Source: Myxococcales bacterium (GTDB lineage Bacteria > Myxococcota_A > UBA9042). From it: a stretch of DNA of 64,000 nucleotides. The DNA lies in contig JBBISH010000003.1 of NCBI GenBank assembly GCA_037441385.1, forward strand, positions 1 through 64,000. Direction: 5' to 3'. This document shows, piece after piece, positions 63,628-64,000 of the stretch. The notes below the pieces were generated by a model, which had not been told where the DNA came from, ran no database searches, and saw only the letters and a list, made by a program, of their open reading frames with translations. Every line of letters starts with the position of its first letter. The first letter of the stretch is position 1. A program made the translations under genes and the position numbers.

Positions 63628-63867
63628 ATGAGTTCAAACGATCTTCCGCTCGCGTGTCCGGTCACCCAGCAGCCGTTGACGGCGCTGCCGGACAACGTAC
63701 TGGCCGAGCTGCAGCAACTGGCGCAGATCCGGGCCTTGCGCAACGAAAACGCGGGATTGGTGGCCAGCGGTTTTGACGGTGCGCTACAGACCGCCGACGG
63801 GACGCGCGCGTACCTGGTCTACGACGGCGTCGTGGATCTGCGCCCTGGTGCTGGGGTTTTGCTCTAG
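63628..63867 (+). CDS. Trm112-like small protein
   Basis: LACPVTQQPL...YLVYDGVVDL. Confidence 0.75.
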   Translation: MSSNDLPLACPVTQQPLTALPDNVLAELQQLAQIRALRNENAGLVASGFDGALQTADGTRAYLVYDGVVDLRPGAGVLL

Positions 63868-63972
63868 TCTGGCTTGCCTCCGTCGATCCAGAAGCAGCGC
63901 ACCCCAGTATGGCGGCAATCTCGTTCGCTGGCGGTCCGCGCCCGGATCAACCACCGCGCCGGGACGGGCAGG

Positions 63973-64000
63973 TTGACAGCCCCGGCGATGCGGGCCTAGG
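63973..64000 (+). promoter_or_regulatory. Possible sigma70 promoter for the next gene (truncated by the window edge)
   Basis: TTGACA, 18-bp spacer, TAGG.. Confidence 0.35.

Overview
GC-rich, gene-dense bacterial chromosomal window. Gene content and style suggest Myxococcota/Deltaproteobacteria, but the taxonomy is inferred. Left to right: (1) the 5' part of a large minus-strand lipoprotein gene with Ig-like domains and at least 12 mostly Ca-binding-type EGF repeats, which runs off the window and is absent from the ORF track; (2) a housekeeping block yceD-rpmF-[CAP lipoprotein]-rpiB-nrdR-ribD-ribE; (3) a four-gene putative synthase-dependent exopolysaccharide operon (TPR/YaiO-like barrel, HEAT protein, GT2 synthase fused to a ~360-aa extra domain, and an alpha/alpha-toroid lipoprotein with an apparent CTG start); (4) a ~20.5-kb accessory region (14.5-35.1 kb) of envelope proteins (paralogous lipoprotein pair, BNR-OmpA protein, nucleotide pyrophosphatase, GH20, esterase-SGNH-MBOAT) carrying two MITE-like repeat families, one nested in the other and mostly sitting on stop codons; (5) PEGA, Kelch-like, DUF2723 GT-C, NERD-helicase and HEAT genes followed by an orphan murC-murD pair whose MurC has altered motifs; (6) a minus-strand run (TPR proteins, TlpA, rhomboid, degenerate aminotransferase); (7) a putative wHTH plus HhH-like protein, a double parvulin, pheS-pheT, two GT4s, an alpha/beta hydrolase and a Trm112-like protein. 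No rRNA, tRNA, CRISPR array, integrase or transposase was seen. All family calls come from reading motifs by eye, not from database searches.
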